Below the pieces are notes generated by a model, which worked only from the letters and a program-made list of their open reading frames with translations, made no database searches and had not been told where the DNA came from. A stretch of DNA of 64,000 bases from an uncultured Acidobacteriota bacterium (GTDB lineage: Bacteria > Acidobacteriota > UBA6911). Made by a program: the position numbers and the translations under genes. The DNA is taken from positions 384,001 through 448,000 of the forward strand of contig CAWJKZ010000014.1 of assembly GCA_963843575.1 (NCBI GenBank), read 5' to 3'. Positions 9,891-20,253 of this stretch are shown here, piece after piece; within the stretch, counting starts at the first letter, position 1; each line of letters opens with the position of its first letter.

Positions 9891-10926
9891 GGCTCTCCCC
9901 CTCCCACAGGCCCGTGTCCTGTTCGAGTTCGTGCATCAGGTTGAAATTCTGGACCGCCTGGCCGGCGGCCCCCTTGACGAGGTTGTCGATCGCGCAGAAC
10001 AGGACTCCCCGGCGTCCCCCGCAGGTCAGTCGCCAGGCGATGTCGCAGAAGTTCGAGTGTACGACCGCCCGCAGCTGCGGCAACCGCGAGGCGCCCAGGA
10101 TGCGGACGAAGGGGTGCTTATCGTACCGGCGGTGGAACTCCGTCTCCAGCTCCTCGGAACCTATCGGCCGGTCGAACTTCACGTAGATGGTCGACAGCAT
10201 TCCTCGGTTGACCGGCAGCAGGTGCGGCACGAAGGTGAAGTTGTCGCCATCCCACCCGAGTTCCTGGCAGATTTCCGGGGCGTGCCTGTGGGTGATGGGG
10301 CTGTAGGGCCGGAAGTCCTCGGAAACCTCGCCGAAGAGCATGTCCACGCGGGCGGCGCGGCCGGCCCCGGTCACGCCCGACTTCGAGTCGCAGAAGATGT
10401 CGGACCCCGCCTCGAGCAGCCCGGACTTCACCAGGGGCAGGAGCGGCAGCAGCACCGAGGTCGGGTAACATCCCGGGTTGGCGACCAGGCGTGCCGCCGC
10501 GATCGCCTGGGCGTTCCACTCGGGCAGGCCGTAGACGGCCTGCTGCAGCAGCGCGCGGGCGGAGTGTTCGAAGCCGTACCACCGGGCATAGCTCTCGGGG
10601 TCGTGGAGGCGAAACGAGCCGCTCAGATCGACCACGCGGATTCCCTCGGAAAGGAACCGGGGCGCGAGCCGATGGGACACCTCGTTGGGCGTGCACAGGA
10701 ATACGGTGTCGACTCCGAGCGCGACCGCGACCGCAGGGTCCTGCGGCAGGCACTCCAGGTCCGACAGGCCGCGCAGTTCGGGGTGGATGTCCGCCAGCGG
10801 CTTGCGCCCCGTCGATTCAGAAGCCATGACGGCGCGGCAATCCATGCCGGAGTGGCGCAACGCCAGCCGGATGAGCTCGAGCCCCGAGTAGCCGGAAGCC
10901 CCGACGACGGCGACGGGAAATCTCAT
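9874..10926 (-). CDS. argC: N-acetyl-gamma-glutamyl-phosphate reductase
   Basis: VVGASGYSG, ANPGCYPT, SGVTGAG and DNLVKGAAGQA motifs. Confidence 0.96.
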   Translation of the reverse strand: MRFPVAVVGASGYSGLELIRLALRHSGMDCRAVMASESTGRKPLADIHPELRGLSDLECLPQDPAVAVALGVDTVFLCTPNEVSHRLAPRFLSEGIRVVDLSGSFRLHDPESYARWYGFEHSARALLQQAVYGLPEWNAQAIAAARLVANPGCYPTSVLLPLLPLVKSGLLEAGSDIFCDSKSGVTGAGRAARVDMLFGEVSEDFRPYSPITHRHAPEICQELGWDGDNFTFVPHLLPVNRGMLSTIYVKFDRPIGSEELETEFHRRYDKHPFVRILGASRLPQLRAVVHSNFCDIAWRLTCGGRRGVLFCAIDNLVKGAAGQAVQNFNLMHELEQDTGLWEGESLALHG

Positions 10927-11366
10927 GAGAGGCATTCCTCGATGCGCTGCAACACCTGCTTGCCCTGCCGGGGGCTGCGCAGGAGCACGAACACCGTGTC
11001 GTCCCCCGCGACGGTGCCGATGATTTCGGGCCACTGGGCGGAGTCGAGCACGACGCCGAGCGCGTGACCGTTGCCCGGGGAGGTCTTGAGCACCACGATG
11101 TTGCCGGAGGAGTCGGTGCACACAACCAGCTGTTGCAGCGAGCGCCTCACGTGGTCGGGTCCCGCCGGGGCGTTCGCCCCCGTGGCGTGGTGGTAGATCC
11201 CGCGGATTTTCACCAGCCCCAGTTCCCTGACATCGCGCGAGAGGGTCGACTGGGTCACCTCGATCCCCTGGCCCCGGAGCAGTTCCGAGAGCCTCTCCTG
11301 GCTGGCGACGGGCAGCCGGCGCACGATCTCCACGATTCTCGCCTGCCGCGCTCTCTTAGAGATCAT
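10923..11366 (-). CDS. argR: Arginine repressor
   Basis: VTQSTLSRD helix-turn-helix and GTVAGDDT arginine-binding motif. Confidence 0.95.
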   Translation of the reverse strand: MISKRARQARIVEIVRRLPVASQERLSELLRGQGIEVTQSTLSRDVRELGLVKIRGIYHHATGANAPAGPDHVRRSLQQLVVCTDSSGNIVVLKTSPGNGHALGVVLDSAQWPEIIGTVAGDDTVFVLLRSPRQGKQVLQRIEECLS

Positions 11367-11375
11367 AGCGGTGGT

Positions 11376-11429
11376 TCCATATTTATGCAGCAAAAGCGCT
11401 AATTATACAGAGGGCGGCCCTCGCGGCAA
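11376..11429 (-). promoter_or_regulatory. Sigma70 promoter overlapped by two tandem ARG boxes
   Basis: Minus strand TTGCCG (11424-29)-16 nt-TATAAT (11402-07); ARG-box-like TGTATAATTAGCGC (11396-11409) and TGCATAAATATGGA (11376-11389), 20 bp apart. Confidence 0.75.
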
Positions 11430-11460
11430 GAGGAAATCGGGCCGGGCCCGGGGGGTCGCG

Positions 11461-13044
11461 TCACACGCGCGCCACCCGGGCCGCTCTCACCTGCGGCAGC
11501 GCCTGTATCTCGCGCAGCAGGCCGACCGGGATCTCTGAGTCGACGTTCACGACCCCGACCGCCTCCTTCGCCTGCTCGCTGCGTCCCAGCGCGAAGTTGG
11601 CGATGTTTATGGCGTGGTCGCCCAGGATCGTCCCCACGCGCCCAATCACCCCGGGCGTGTCGAGGTTGCAGATGATGAGCATGTCCCCCGACAGCGGGGC
11701 GTCCACGTCGATGCCGTTGAGGGAGACGAGGTGCAGGTGGTTTTTATGCAGGACGGTCCCCTCGACCCACTGCTCCCCCGCATCGGTCTTCAGCTTGACC
11801 GAAATCAGGTTGCTGTAGCTACGCTCGCGGGTGCTGCGGGTTTCGAGGAAGTGGATGCCGCGTTCCTTGGCCGTCGTCAGCGCGTTGACGAGGGTGACGC
11901 GTTCGGACAGGATCGGCTTGAGGACGCCGACCAGGATGGAGCTGCAGATCAGCGGCGTGTTCAGCTCCGTCAGCTCGCCGTAGTAGCGCACGCCGACTTC
12001 CTCCATCCTGCCGTTGGAGAGCTGGCTGGCGAAGCTCCCCAGCCGCTGTCCGAGCTCGAGATAGGGGGCGATCGTTTGGTATTCCGACAGCGACACAGAT
12101 GGGAAGTTCACCGCGTTGCGCACGATGCCGCCGACGAAGTAGTCGCGCACCTGCAGCGCCAGATCAACCCCCACCTTCTCCTGGGCTTCCACGGTCGACG
12201 CCCCGATGTGCGGCGTCGTGACTGTATTGGGCAGAGCGATGAGCTCCGGGTTGGGTTTCGGTTCGCCCGCGTAGACGTCCAGCGCGGCGCCGCCCAGGCG
12301 CCCCGACTTCAGGGCGTCGACAAGCGCCCCCTCGTCGACCAGGTCGCCCCGCGCGGCATTGATCAGGAAGGACCCCGGCTTCATCAGCGCCAGGGCCTCC
12401 GCGTTGATCAACTTGCGCGTGGACGGGTTCAGGGGAGCGTGCAGCGTCACGATCTCCGACTGCCGCAGCAGGTCCTCGAGGCTGACGAGTTTCACACCGA
12501 GGTCGCGGGCCACCGAATCGGAGACAAACGGGTCGAAGACGAGCACGTGGGTCTTGAAGCCCTGGGCCCTCTTGACGACCTCGGTGCCGATCTTGCCGAG
12601 CCCGACCACGCCGAGCACCTTGCCGTGCAACTCGGTCCCCATGAACTTCTGCCGCTCCCAGCGGCCGCCTTTGACGGACCCGTCGGCCTGCGCGATCTTG
12701 CGCAGCAGCGCCAGCATCAGGCCCATTGTGTGTTCGGCGGCGCTGATGCTGTTGCCGGCCGGGGTGTTCATGACGATGAGGCCGCGCCGTGTGGCCGCCG
12801 GCACGTCGATGTTGTCGACGCCCGTGCCGGCCCGGCCGATCACCCTCAGCATCGGTGCGGCTTCCATGAACGCGTCGGTGACCTTGGTCTTGCTGCGCAC
12901 CACCAGGGCTTCCGCAGTCGCGAGCGCGCGCTGCACCGCTTTCGGGTCGTCCCCGTACAGCTCGATCACCTCAAAACCTGCCTCGGCCTTCAGGGCGTCG
13001 ATCCCCGCCGGCGATATCTCTTCCAAAACCAGGATAGCTGTCAT
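11461..13044 (-). CDS. serA: D-3-phosphoglycerate dehydrogenase (type I, with ASB and ACT domains)
   Basis: GRAGTGVDNID, GVVGLGKIG, INAARG, TPHIGAST and C-terminal DTPGVIG..NIANF motifs. Confidence 0.96.
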   Translation of the reverse strand: MTAILVLEEISPAGIDALKAEAGFEVIELYGDDPKAVQRALATAEALVVRSKTKVTDAFMEAAPMLRVIGRAGTGVDNIDVPAATRRGLIVMNTPAGNSISAAEHTMGLMLALLRKIAQADGSVKGGRWERQKFMGTELHGKVLGVVGLGKIGTEVVKRAQGFKTHVLVFDPFVSDSVARDLGVKLVSLEDLLRQSEIVTLHAPLNPSTRKLINAEALALMKPGSFLINAARGDLVDEGALVDALKSGRLGGAALDVYAGEPKPNPELIALPNTVTTPHIGASTVEAQEKVGVDLALQVRDYFVGGIVRNAVNFPSVSLSEYQTIAPYLELGQRLGSFASQLSNGRMEEVGVRYYGELTELNTPLICSSILVGVLKPILSERVTLVNALTTAKERGIHFLETRSTRERSYSNLISVKLKTDAGEQWVEGTVLHKNHLHLVSLNGIDVDAPLSGDMLIICNLDTPGVIGRVGTILGDHAINIANFALGRSEQAKEAVGVVNVDSEIPVGLLREIQALPQVRAARVARV

Positions 13045-14198
13045 AGACGGTCTGCCTCTTCACGATAGAATTCCAGTGCCGCGCGCGTCCCGGAGCCCAG
13101 TCCGATGCCGCAGCCCGACTCCGTCAGGGCCAGTTCCAGGCAGCCGAGAATCCCGATCGTTTCGAAAAAGTCGAAGTAACCCAGGTGCCCTATCCGCAGC
13201 AGGTAAGGCTTCATGCTCCCCTGCCCCCCGGTCATGTGCACGCCGAACCGGGAGCGCATCGTCGAGAGGATGCGCGACGGCTCGATGCCCGGGACGAAGG
13301 CTGTGACCGCGTTTCCGGGGCGGCGCGGGAAGATCTTCATGCCCCAGCGGCTGACGGCGGCGCGCGTGGCGCCCGCCTGCAGCGCCGCGTTGGCAACCAG
13401 GTTGTCGACCCCGCCTCCCTCGAGAATCAGGCGCAGCGCCCGGTCGAGCCCCTGAACGATCGAGATGGCCGGCGTGTAGGCCGTCTGCGCCTCCCGCTGC
13501 GCCTTGCGTTCCTTGGCCAGATCGAAGTAGTACCGGGGGCGCCGGCACTTCTCGACGCGCTTCCAGGCGCGCTCGCTCAGCGAGATCATGGCCACGCCCG
13601 GCGGCACCATGAAGGCCTTTTGCGACCCGCCGACGACGACGTCCAGCCCCCAGGCGTCCGTCTCGAGCGGCATGGTGCCCAACCCGGTGATCGCGTCGAC
13701 CACGAGCGCGGTATGCTCCCGGCCGCGGACGAGCTTGCCGATGGCCTCCAAGTCCATCGCGGCCCCGGTCGACGTCTCGGTCGCCTGCACGAAGACGGCA
13801 GCGTAGTCTTTTCCGGATTGAAGTTCCTGGGCGACCTGCTCGGGTTCGATCGATTCGCCGTAGGGGACCTGGATCACGTCCGCTTCGAGGCCATAGGTCT
13901 TGGCGAGCTCGGTCCAGCGCTCGCCGAATTTCCCCGCAACGCCGACCAGGACGCGGTCGCCGGGGTCGGTCAGGTTGACGACCGCGGCCTCCATGGCGCC
14001 GCTGCCGGAGGAGGAAAGCACCAGCACCTCGTTTGCGGTCTTGTAGACCTGCTGCAGTCCTTTCTGCACGCGGCGGAACACCGCCTTGTAATCCTCCTTG
14101 CGATGGTGCATCGGGGCGACGAGCGCCTCGACCATCGCTTCGGGGAGGAGGGGGGTGGGACCCGGGGTAAACAGTCGCGGCTTGTTTAATGGCTTCAT
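13041..14198 (-). CDS. Class V aminotransferase (alanine-glyoxylate/serine-pyruvate family), probably the phosphoserine aminotransferase for serA
   Basis: LFTPGPTP, GSGAMEAA, ETSTG, VDAIT, GSQKAF and RIGHLG motifs; overlaps serA by 4 bp. Confidence 0.88.
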   Translation of the reverse strand: MKPLNKPRLFTPGPTPLLPEAMVEALVAPMHHRKEDYKAVFRRVQKGLQQVYKTANEVLVLSSSGSGAMEAAVVNLTDPGDRVLVGVAGKFGERWTELAKTYGLEADVIQVPYGESIEPEQVAQELQSGKDYAAVFVQATETSTGAAMDLEAIGKLVRGREHTALVVDAITGLGTMPLETDAWGLDVVVGGSQKAFMVPPGVAMISLSERAWKRVEKCRRPRYYFDLAKERKAQREAQTAYTPAISIVQGLDRALRLILEGGGVDNLVANAALQAGATRAAVSRWGMKIFPRRPGNAVTAFVPGIEPSRILSTMRSRFGVHMTGGQGSMKPYLLRIGHLGYFDFFETIGILGCLELALTESGCGIGLGSGTRAALEFYREEADRL

Positions 14199-14306
14199 GG
14201 CAGCGGCTCCGTCTGGATTATACGATGTGTTCAAACGCAGCTGAGGTCGCGGAGTATAACACATTCCCGAGCGTTCTCCGGGCATTGTCCTGCACTCACA
14301 GACCCA

Positions 14307-14413
14307 AAAAACTTGTCACGGAAGACACGGAAGAAACACGGAGGACACGAATGAGCATATTTTGTATTTCCGTGCTTTCCGTGTTTCTTCCGTGTCTTCC
14401 GTGACAAGTTTTT
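14307..14413. repeat. 107-bp palindromic element with perfect 36-bp arms built from CACGGA-type units
   Basis: aaaaacttgtcacggaagacacggaagaaacacgga (14307-14342) is the exact reverse complement of 14378-14413. Confidence 0.9.
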
Positions 14414-14516
14414 GTTTGTGTTTCGCATATTCACGGGCCGCGCACTGTGTCCGAACTTGATCTCGGGCCTGCGTTGCCTTAAGGTTCGTATTCTGCGCGC
14501 GGGGTGCGGCGGTCCT

Positions 14517-15800
14517 ATGTATTTCCTTTACTCGGTTCTGCTCGGGATCGGGGCGGTTCTCACGAGCCCGTATTGGCTCGTCAAGGCGCTCCGTGAGCGC
14601 AAGTACCTGGACAATGTCCTCGACCGCCTGAGCCTTGGGATGGCCGGCCTGCCGGAGGTCCCGACCCGGCCGCTGTGGATTCACGCCGTCTCGGTCGGAG
14701 AGGTGCTCGCCGCGAAGCCGTTGTACGCCAGTCTCCGCGAGGCTCGGCCGGAGATCCCGGTCGTCGTTTCCACCGTGACCGTCACGGGGCAGGCGCTGGC
14801 CCGCAAGGAATTCCCTCAAGCCGCCGCCATCATCTACTTTCCGTTCGACTGGGATTTCTGCGTCCGGCGCTTCCTGGCGCGGCTCGACCCGAGGGCGGTC
14901 GTGCTGCTCGAAACCGAGCTGTGGCCCAACTTTCTCCACAACTGCAACAGCCGCGGCATCCCCGTGTTTCTCGCCAATGGCAGGATCTCGGAGAGATCGC
15001 ACCGGCGCTACCGCCGGGTGCCGCGGGTAATGCGGGCCATGCTCTCGCAGGTGAGCTTGATCGCCGCGCAGAGCGCCGAGGACCGGCGCAGGTTCATCGA
15101 CCTGGGCGCGGTCGAAGAGCGCGTCCACACCACCGGCAACCTGAAGTTCGACTTTCCGCCGCCGCCCGTGGACTGCGACGCCGAGGGGCTGGGAGTGATC
15201 GCACGGGTGCTGGGCGTCACGCCCCAGACACCCGTCGTCGTCGTCGGCAGCAGTATGAAGGGGGAGGAGGAGCTCTTCGTAGGCGCCTTCAGGGAGGTGC
15301 GGCGGCGCTTTCCGAATGCCCGTCTCATCCTGGCTCCCCGTCACCCCGAGAGGTTTGACGAGGTCGCGGAGCTTCTCGGGCGGTCGGCGCTCCGGTTTGT
15401 CCGCCGCAGCCGTGCGGCGGACGCGGCGGACGGCGCGGCGGACCTCCTGCTGCTCGACACGATCGGCGAACTGCGCTCCGTGTACCGGCTGGCCTCGGTC
15501 GCGGTCATTGGCGGGAGTTTCGGCCCCTTCGGGGGGCACAACCTGCTCGAGCCAGCCGCGCTCGGCAAAGCCGTCATCATCGGACCCAGGATGTCCAATT
15601 TCAGCGACATGGCTGCGCTCTTCGTGCGCGAGCAGGCGGTCCGGCAGTGCGCCCCCGCAGAGCTCGCGGCCGCGCTCGGGGAACTGTTCGCCAACGACAG
15701 GGCGCGCGCCCTGCTGGGCCAGCGGGCCAGCCTCGTGTGCCGGCAGAACCAGGGAGCCGCCGCGAGCACACTTTCCCTGCTTACGCCCTGTTTGGGTTGA
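14517..15800 (+). CDS. waaA: 3-deoxy-D-manno-octulosonic acid (Kdo) transferase
   Basis: WIHAVSVGE, ETELWPN, NGRIS, TGNLKFD, APRHPERF and GGHNLLEPA motifs. Confidence 0.96.
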   Translation: MYFLYSVLLGIGAVLTSPYWLVKALRERKYLDNVLDRLSLGMAGLPEVPTRPLWIHAVSVGEVLAAKPLYASLREARPEIPVVVSTVTVTGQALARKEFPQAAAIIYFPFDWDFCVRRFLARLDPRAVVLLETELWPNFLHNCNSRGIPVFLANGRISERSHRRYRRVPRVMRAMLSQVSLIAAQSAEDRRRFIDLGAVEERVHTTGNLKFDFPPPPVDCDAEGLGVIARVLGVTPQTPVVVVGSSMKGEEELFVGAFREVRRRFPNARLILAPRHPERFDEVAELLGRSALRFVRRSRAADAADGAADLLLLDTIGELRSVYRLASVAVIGGSFGPFGGHNLLEPAALGKAVIIGPRMSNFSDMAALFVREQAVRQCAPAELAAALGELFANDRARALLGQRASLVCRQNQGAAASTLSLLTPCLG

Positions 15801-15803
15801 ACA

Positions 15804-16850
15804 ATGTACGAGCCTCCTCGCTGCCTAGACCCGTTGCTCTGGGCCCCGGGTGTGCTCTATGGGGCCGCCGCAGCTTGCCGGAACCGTTTGTACTCGGCGG
15901 GGGTCCTGCGGGTCCGGAGGCTTTCCCGCCCCGTGATCAGCATCGGCAATCTCACGATGGGAGGGGCCGGGAAGACCCCGCTCGCGCTCCGCACGTGCGA
16001 GATCGTGCTCAAGCTCGGCGCGACGCCGGTCCTGCTCAGCCGCGGGTATGGCCGTTCCACGGCTGCCGCGCCGCGCATCTCTCCGCCGGGGGAGCCGTCG
16101 TCGGCCGACGCCGCCCTGCTGGGGGATGAACCCGCCGTCGTGCGCCGTCGTTGCCCCGATGCCTGGGTGGGGGTGGATGCGGACCGCTACCGCGCCGCGC
16201 GCGCCATCGAGGGCCGATGCCGCCGCCCGGTATTCATCCTCGACGACGGATTCCAGCACAGAAGCTTGTATCGCGACCTCGACATCGTCGTGATCGATGT
16301 CACTCAGCCCTTCGAAACCAACCGCATCCTGCCCCGCGGCTCGCTGCGCGAGCCTCTCTCCGGGCTGCGCCGCGCCGACGTCGTTCTGCTCAACGGACCC
16401 GCCGGGACGACGGTCTGCCCCGGCCCCTGGCTCGCACCCGGTGCTATGATTCTCCGGTGCACCCAGGAGATCAGTTCCGTGGTGCGCTTTGAGGCCTGGA
16501 TGGCGCGCGCCGACGACGCGGGAGCCCCTCCCCGTCGACGCCCCGTCTTCCTGGTCGCCGCAATCGGCAACCCGGAGCGCTTCCGGCGCGACGCCTGTCA
16601 GGCGGGGATGGAGGTGCGCGGCGCCAGGTTTTTCCGCGATCATCGCGCGCTAGACGCCGCGCGCTGGCAGTCGTGTATCGAAGAGGCGACGCGCGCGGGG
16701 GCCGCGGCGCTGCTGACGACGGAAAAGGACGCCGTCAAGCTCGACCGGCCGCCGGCGTTTCCCTTGTACGTCGCCGTGCAGGAGACCCGCATGCCAGAGC
16801 AGTCGCTTCTCGAGCGTACGCTCGAATCGGTCGTCGGGGCGGGCGCGTGA
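15804..16850 (+). CDS. lpxK: Tetraacyldisaccharide 4'-kinase
   Basis: SIGNLTMGGAGKTP, SRGYG, GDEP, LDDGFQH and TTEKDAVK motifs. Confidence 0.96.
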   Translation: MYEPPRCLDPLLWAPGVLYGAAAACRNRLYSAGVLRVRRLSRPVISIGNLTMGGAGKTPLALRTCEIVLKLGATPVLLSRGYGRSTAAAPRISPPGEPSSADAALLGDEPAVVRRRCPDAWVGVDADRYRAARAIEGRCRRPVFILDDGFQHRSLYRDLDIVVIDVTQPFETNRILPRGSLREPLSGLRRADVVLLNGPAGTTVCPGPWLAPGAMILRCTQEISSVVRFEAWMARADDAGAPPRRRPVFLVAAIGNPERFRRDACQAGMEVRGARFFRDHRALDAARWQSCIEEATRAGAAALLTTEKDAVKLDRPPAFPLYVAVQETRMPEQSLLERTLESVVGAGA

Positions 16851-18046
16851 ACACCATCGATCCCGCCAAGATCGACCGCGTGCTGATCCGCGGCACGAAC
16901 TGGGTCGGCGACGCCGTGATGTCGGTGCCCGCACTCCGGGAGATCCGCCGCATTTTCGGCGGCGCCCGGATCTCGCTCATGGTGCGCCCCTGGGTGCGCG
17001 ACGTGTACTCGGCCGTCGATTTCGTCGACGAGGTCCTGGAGTACGACAAAACGGGGCCAGACCGCGGCTGGCGCGGCGCACTGCGGGTCGGGCACCAACT
17101 CCGCGCGCGACGTTTCGACCTCGCGATACTGCTTCAGAATGCGTTCGAGGCGGCATTCATCGCCTGGTGGGCCGGGATCCCCCGTCGGCTCGGATACGCG
17201 CGGGACGGGCGCGCCCTGCTCTTGACGCACGCCCCCGCCATAGACCCGGCGGTGCGCAAGGTTCACCAGTGTCACTACTACCTCGGAATCCTTTCCGGCG
17301 CGGGCCTGCTGCGGCAACGCCACTGGGAAACGACACCCAGCCCCCCTTCGATCTCGATAGGAGTGAGAGAATCCGACCGCGAGGCGGCCCGGGGCATGCT
17401 GCGCGCCGGCGGGGTCGAACCGGGGCACCTGGTCGTGGGCATCAATCCCGGGGCCTATTACGGAGGCGCCAAGCGCTGGCTATCGGAGCGCTACGCGCGG
17501 GTCGCCGACCTGCTCGCGGCCAGGCACGGCGCGCGCATCGTGATCTTCGGCGCCCCCAGCGAACGGCGCATCGCCGACGAGGTGGCCCGCCTGATGACCA
17601 CGCCGGCGCTGGTGCTCGCCGGCCGGACCACGCTAGGCCAGCTCATGGGCCTGATTGCGGAATGCGGGCTCCTGATCACCAACGATTCCGGCCCGATGCA
17701 CCTGGCCGCCGCCCTGGGCACGCCCCAGCTCGCCATTTTCGGCTCGACCAGCGAGATCGCCACCGGCCCCCTCAGCCCGCACGCACGGGTCGTCAAGAAG
17801 CAGGTCGACTGCAACCCCTGCTTCCTGCGGGAGTGTCCGATCGACTTTCGCTGCATGACGGGAATTTCGGTGGACGAGGTGGCGGCGGCGGCCTCCGAGA
17901 AGCTGGACGCAGCCGCGCGGATCTTGAGGATGAAAACCATCGCGGCCGGAAGCACGAGCCTGGGCCCGGAAGCATCCCCCCGGACATCCGATAGCCCCAC
18001 TCCGTTTCCGGCCCGCGATGTTCTCCTGAGTCGTTCGATAGCATAG
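16847..18046 (+). CDS. waaF: LPS heptosyltransferase II (GT9)
   Basis: NWVGDAVM, INPGAYYGGAKRW and NDSGPMHLAAA motifs; GTG start overlaps the lpxK stop. Confidence 0.9.
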   Translation: MNTIDPAKIDRVLIRGTNWVGDAVMSVPALREIRRIFGGARISLMVRPWVRDVYSAVDFVDEVLEYDKTGPDRGWRGALRVGHQLRARRFDLAILLQNAFEAAFIAWWAGIPRRLGYARDGRALLLTHAPAIDPAVRKVHQCHYYLGILSGAGLLRQRHWETTPSPPSISIGVRESDREAARGMLRAGGVEPGHLVVGINPGAYYGGAKRWLSERYARVADLLAARHGARIVIFGAPSERRIADEVARLMTTPALVLAGRTTLGQLMGLIAECGLLITNDSGPMHLAAALGTPQLAIFGSTSEIATGPLSPHARVVKKQVDCNPCFLRECPIDFRCMTGISVDEVAAAASEKLDAAARILRMKTIAAGSTSLGPEASPRTSDSPTPFPARDVLLSRSIA

Positions 18047-18186
18047 TGCCTTGGCCCGTTACCTTCTGTGATCCGTGTCACCCGGTTCGAGGAATCGCCG
18101 GCCGCGCCCGCGTCACCGCCAGGATGCATTTCCGTTGTGGGCGGGGCCTGTTCTTTGTTAAATTCACTGGTTTTCCGGAGCATGCG

Positions 18187-18767
18187 ATGCATCGAGCCGT
18201 CTTTCTTGACCGCGACGGGACGATCAACGAGGAAGTGGGATACGTCAACCACATCTCCCGGTTCAGGATGCTTCCCTGGTCCGCGCAGGCCATCCGCTCT
18301 CTGAACGAAGCCGGCTTCAAGGTGTTCCTCTTCAGCAACCAGTCCGGCATTGCGCGCGGTCACTTCCCTGAATCGCTGGTCCGGGAGGTGCACGCCGGCA
18401 TGGCCCGAGGAACTCGCCCGCGGGGGCGCGCATCTCGATGCGGTGTATTATTGCCCGCATCACCCGGAGGGGCGGGTCGACGAGTTCCGGCGGGTTTGCG
18501 ACTGTCGCAAGCCGAAAGCCGGGCATGCTCCTGCAGGCCGCACGCGATTGGGACCTCGACTTGGGCGCCTCTTTTGTCGGTCGGGGATAAGTATCTGGAT
18601 ATTCGGACCGGCCAGGCCGCCGGAACCCGCGGGCGTGCTGGTGCTGTCCGGTTACGGGCGGGGCGAAGCGCGAATATGAAAGGCACTTGTGGCCCCGCCC
18701 CCCGGATCACGTCGCCGAGCACGTGCTGGACGCCGCCGGGTGGATAATCGAGCGATTTCGCAGATGA
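18187..18767 (+). CDS. gmhB: D-glycero-D-manno-heptose-1,7-bisphosphate phosphatase (several apparent frameshifts)
   Basis: [41 protein letters not shown] and LVLSGYG motifs, spread over several frames. Confidence 0.85.
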
Positions 18768-19768
18768 TGCGCGAACAACTGCTGTCGATCATCGATGGTT
18801 TCCACGAGTCAGGGCCGCGGTGGTGGGCGACCTGATCGCCGACGAGTTTCTCTACGGCGAGATCTCGCGTATATCGCGCGAGGCCCCGGTGCTGGTCGTG
18901 CAGTACAACGAGCTGGTGCGCGTTCCGGGCGGAGCCGGCAATGCCGCCAACAATCTTCTCGAACTGGGGTGGCCGCGTCTCCATCATCGGCGCTGTCGGC
19001 CGCGACGAAGCGGGGCGGGAACTCGCTGCCCAGCTGAAGTCCAAGGGCGCCGACACGTCCGACCTCCGCGGGTGGCGGTCCTATCGCACGCCGGTAAAGA
19101 CACGCATTCTGGCTGGCGCGCATCACTCCGCGCCCCAGCAGATCGTGCGCGTGGACCGTATCGGTCAACTCGACGATTGGTGCGTCCCGGAAAACCGTCG
19201 CGGCCGCGCTGGCCGAGAGCGACGCGTCGTCGTGAGCGACTACGGCTGCGGGACAGTCTCCGATGCCCTCCTCGGCCAGGTGCGCCGGGAGGCGCTGCGA
19301 CGCCGCATCCCGATCCTCGTCGACTCGCGCTTCCGCATGTCGGAGTTCGAACGGGTCACCGCCATCACACCGAACATCACCGAGCTGGAGGCCGCGACCG
19401 GGACCTCGATCGGAAGCGACACTCCCCTCCTGCACAAGGTTGGACGGGCCGTGCTCAACAGGCAGAATCTCGGCTGCCTTCTGGTCACCCAGGGGCGCTT
19501 CGGCATGACGCTCTTCGAGCGCCGCAGGCCTCCGCTCCACATCCCGATTTACGGGAGCGACGAGGTCGCCGACGTCACGGGCGCGGGTGACACCGTGATC
19601 GCCGTCTTCGCGCTTGCGCTCGCCTCCGGCGCCTCTCCCTGCGACGCCGCGCGCCTCGCCAACTACGCCGGGGGCATCGTGGTGATGAAGCGAGGGACGG
19701 CCACGCTTGAATCGGGACGAGCTCCGGTCCGCAGTCAACCGCGACCTGCCCTGAGCGCCGGCCCATGA
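18767..19768 (+). CDS. rfaE1: Heptose-7-phosphate kinase (RfaE domain I, PfkB family; several apparent frameshifts)
   Basis: [39 protein letters not shown] and DVTGAGDTV motifs, across frames. Confidence 0.85.
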
Positions 19769-20253
19769 ATCCCTCCGACAAGATCAAAACGCCGCGCGAG
19801 CTGGTCCCGATCGTCCGGCGCGCCCAATCCTCCGGCCGGAGGGTCGTGTTCGCCAACGGCTGCTTCGACCTACTGCACGTCGGCCACGTGCGCTACCTCG
19901 AGGGGGCCAAGTCCCTCGGCGACCTCCTGCTGGTGGCGATCAACAGCGATGCGTCCGTGCGCGGTCTGAAGGGTGAGGGGCGTCCCCTCCAGCCTCAGAA
20001 CGACCGCGCGGAGATGATCGCCTCGATGGAGGCAGTGGACTACGTCACCATCTTCGATTCGCCGACCGTCGAGCCGCTGCTGATCGAGATCCGACCCGAC
20101 GTGCACGCCAAAGGAACCGACTACACGCGCGAAACCGTTCCCGAACGCGAGACGGTCCGCGCTTACGGCGGCCACGTGGAGATCGTCGGAGATCCCAAGG
20201 GCCACTCGACCCGCGATCTGATCCGGAGTATCCTTCTCAAGTTCGGCTCATGA
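19765..20253 (+). CDS. rfaE2: Heptose-1-phosphate adenylyltransferase (RfaE domain II)
   Basis: FANGCFDLLHVGH, NSDASVRGLKG and KGTDY motifs. Confidence 0.93.
   Translation: MNPSDKIKTPRELVPIVRRAQSSGRRVVFANGCFDLLHVGHVRYLEGAKSLGDLLLVAINSDASVRGLKGEGRPLQPQNDRAEMIASMEAVDYVTIFDSPTVEPLLIEIRPDVHAKGTDYTRETVPERETVRAYGGHVEIVGDPKGHSTRDLIRSILLKFGS

Noticed and set aside
14307-14413. Possible CRISPR mini-array
   Set aside because: Units are 9-11 bp with no spacers, arranged as an inverted pair, and there are no cas genes in the window
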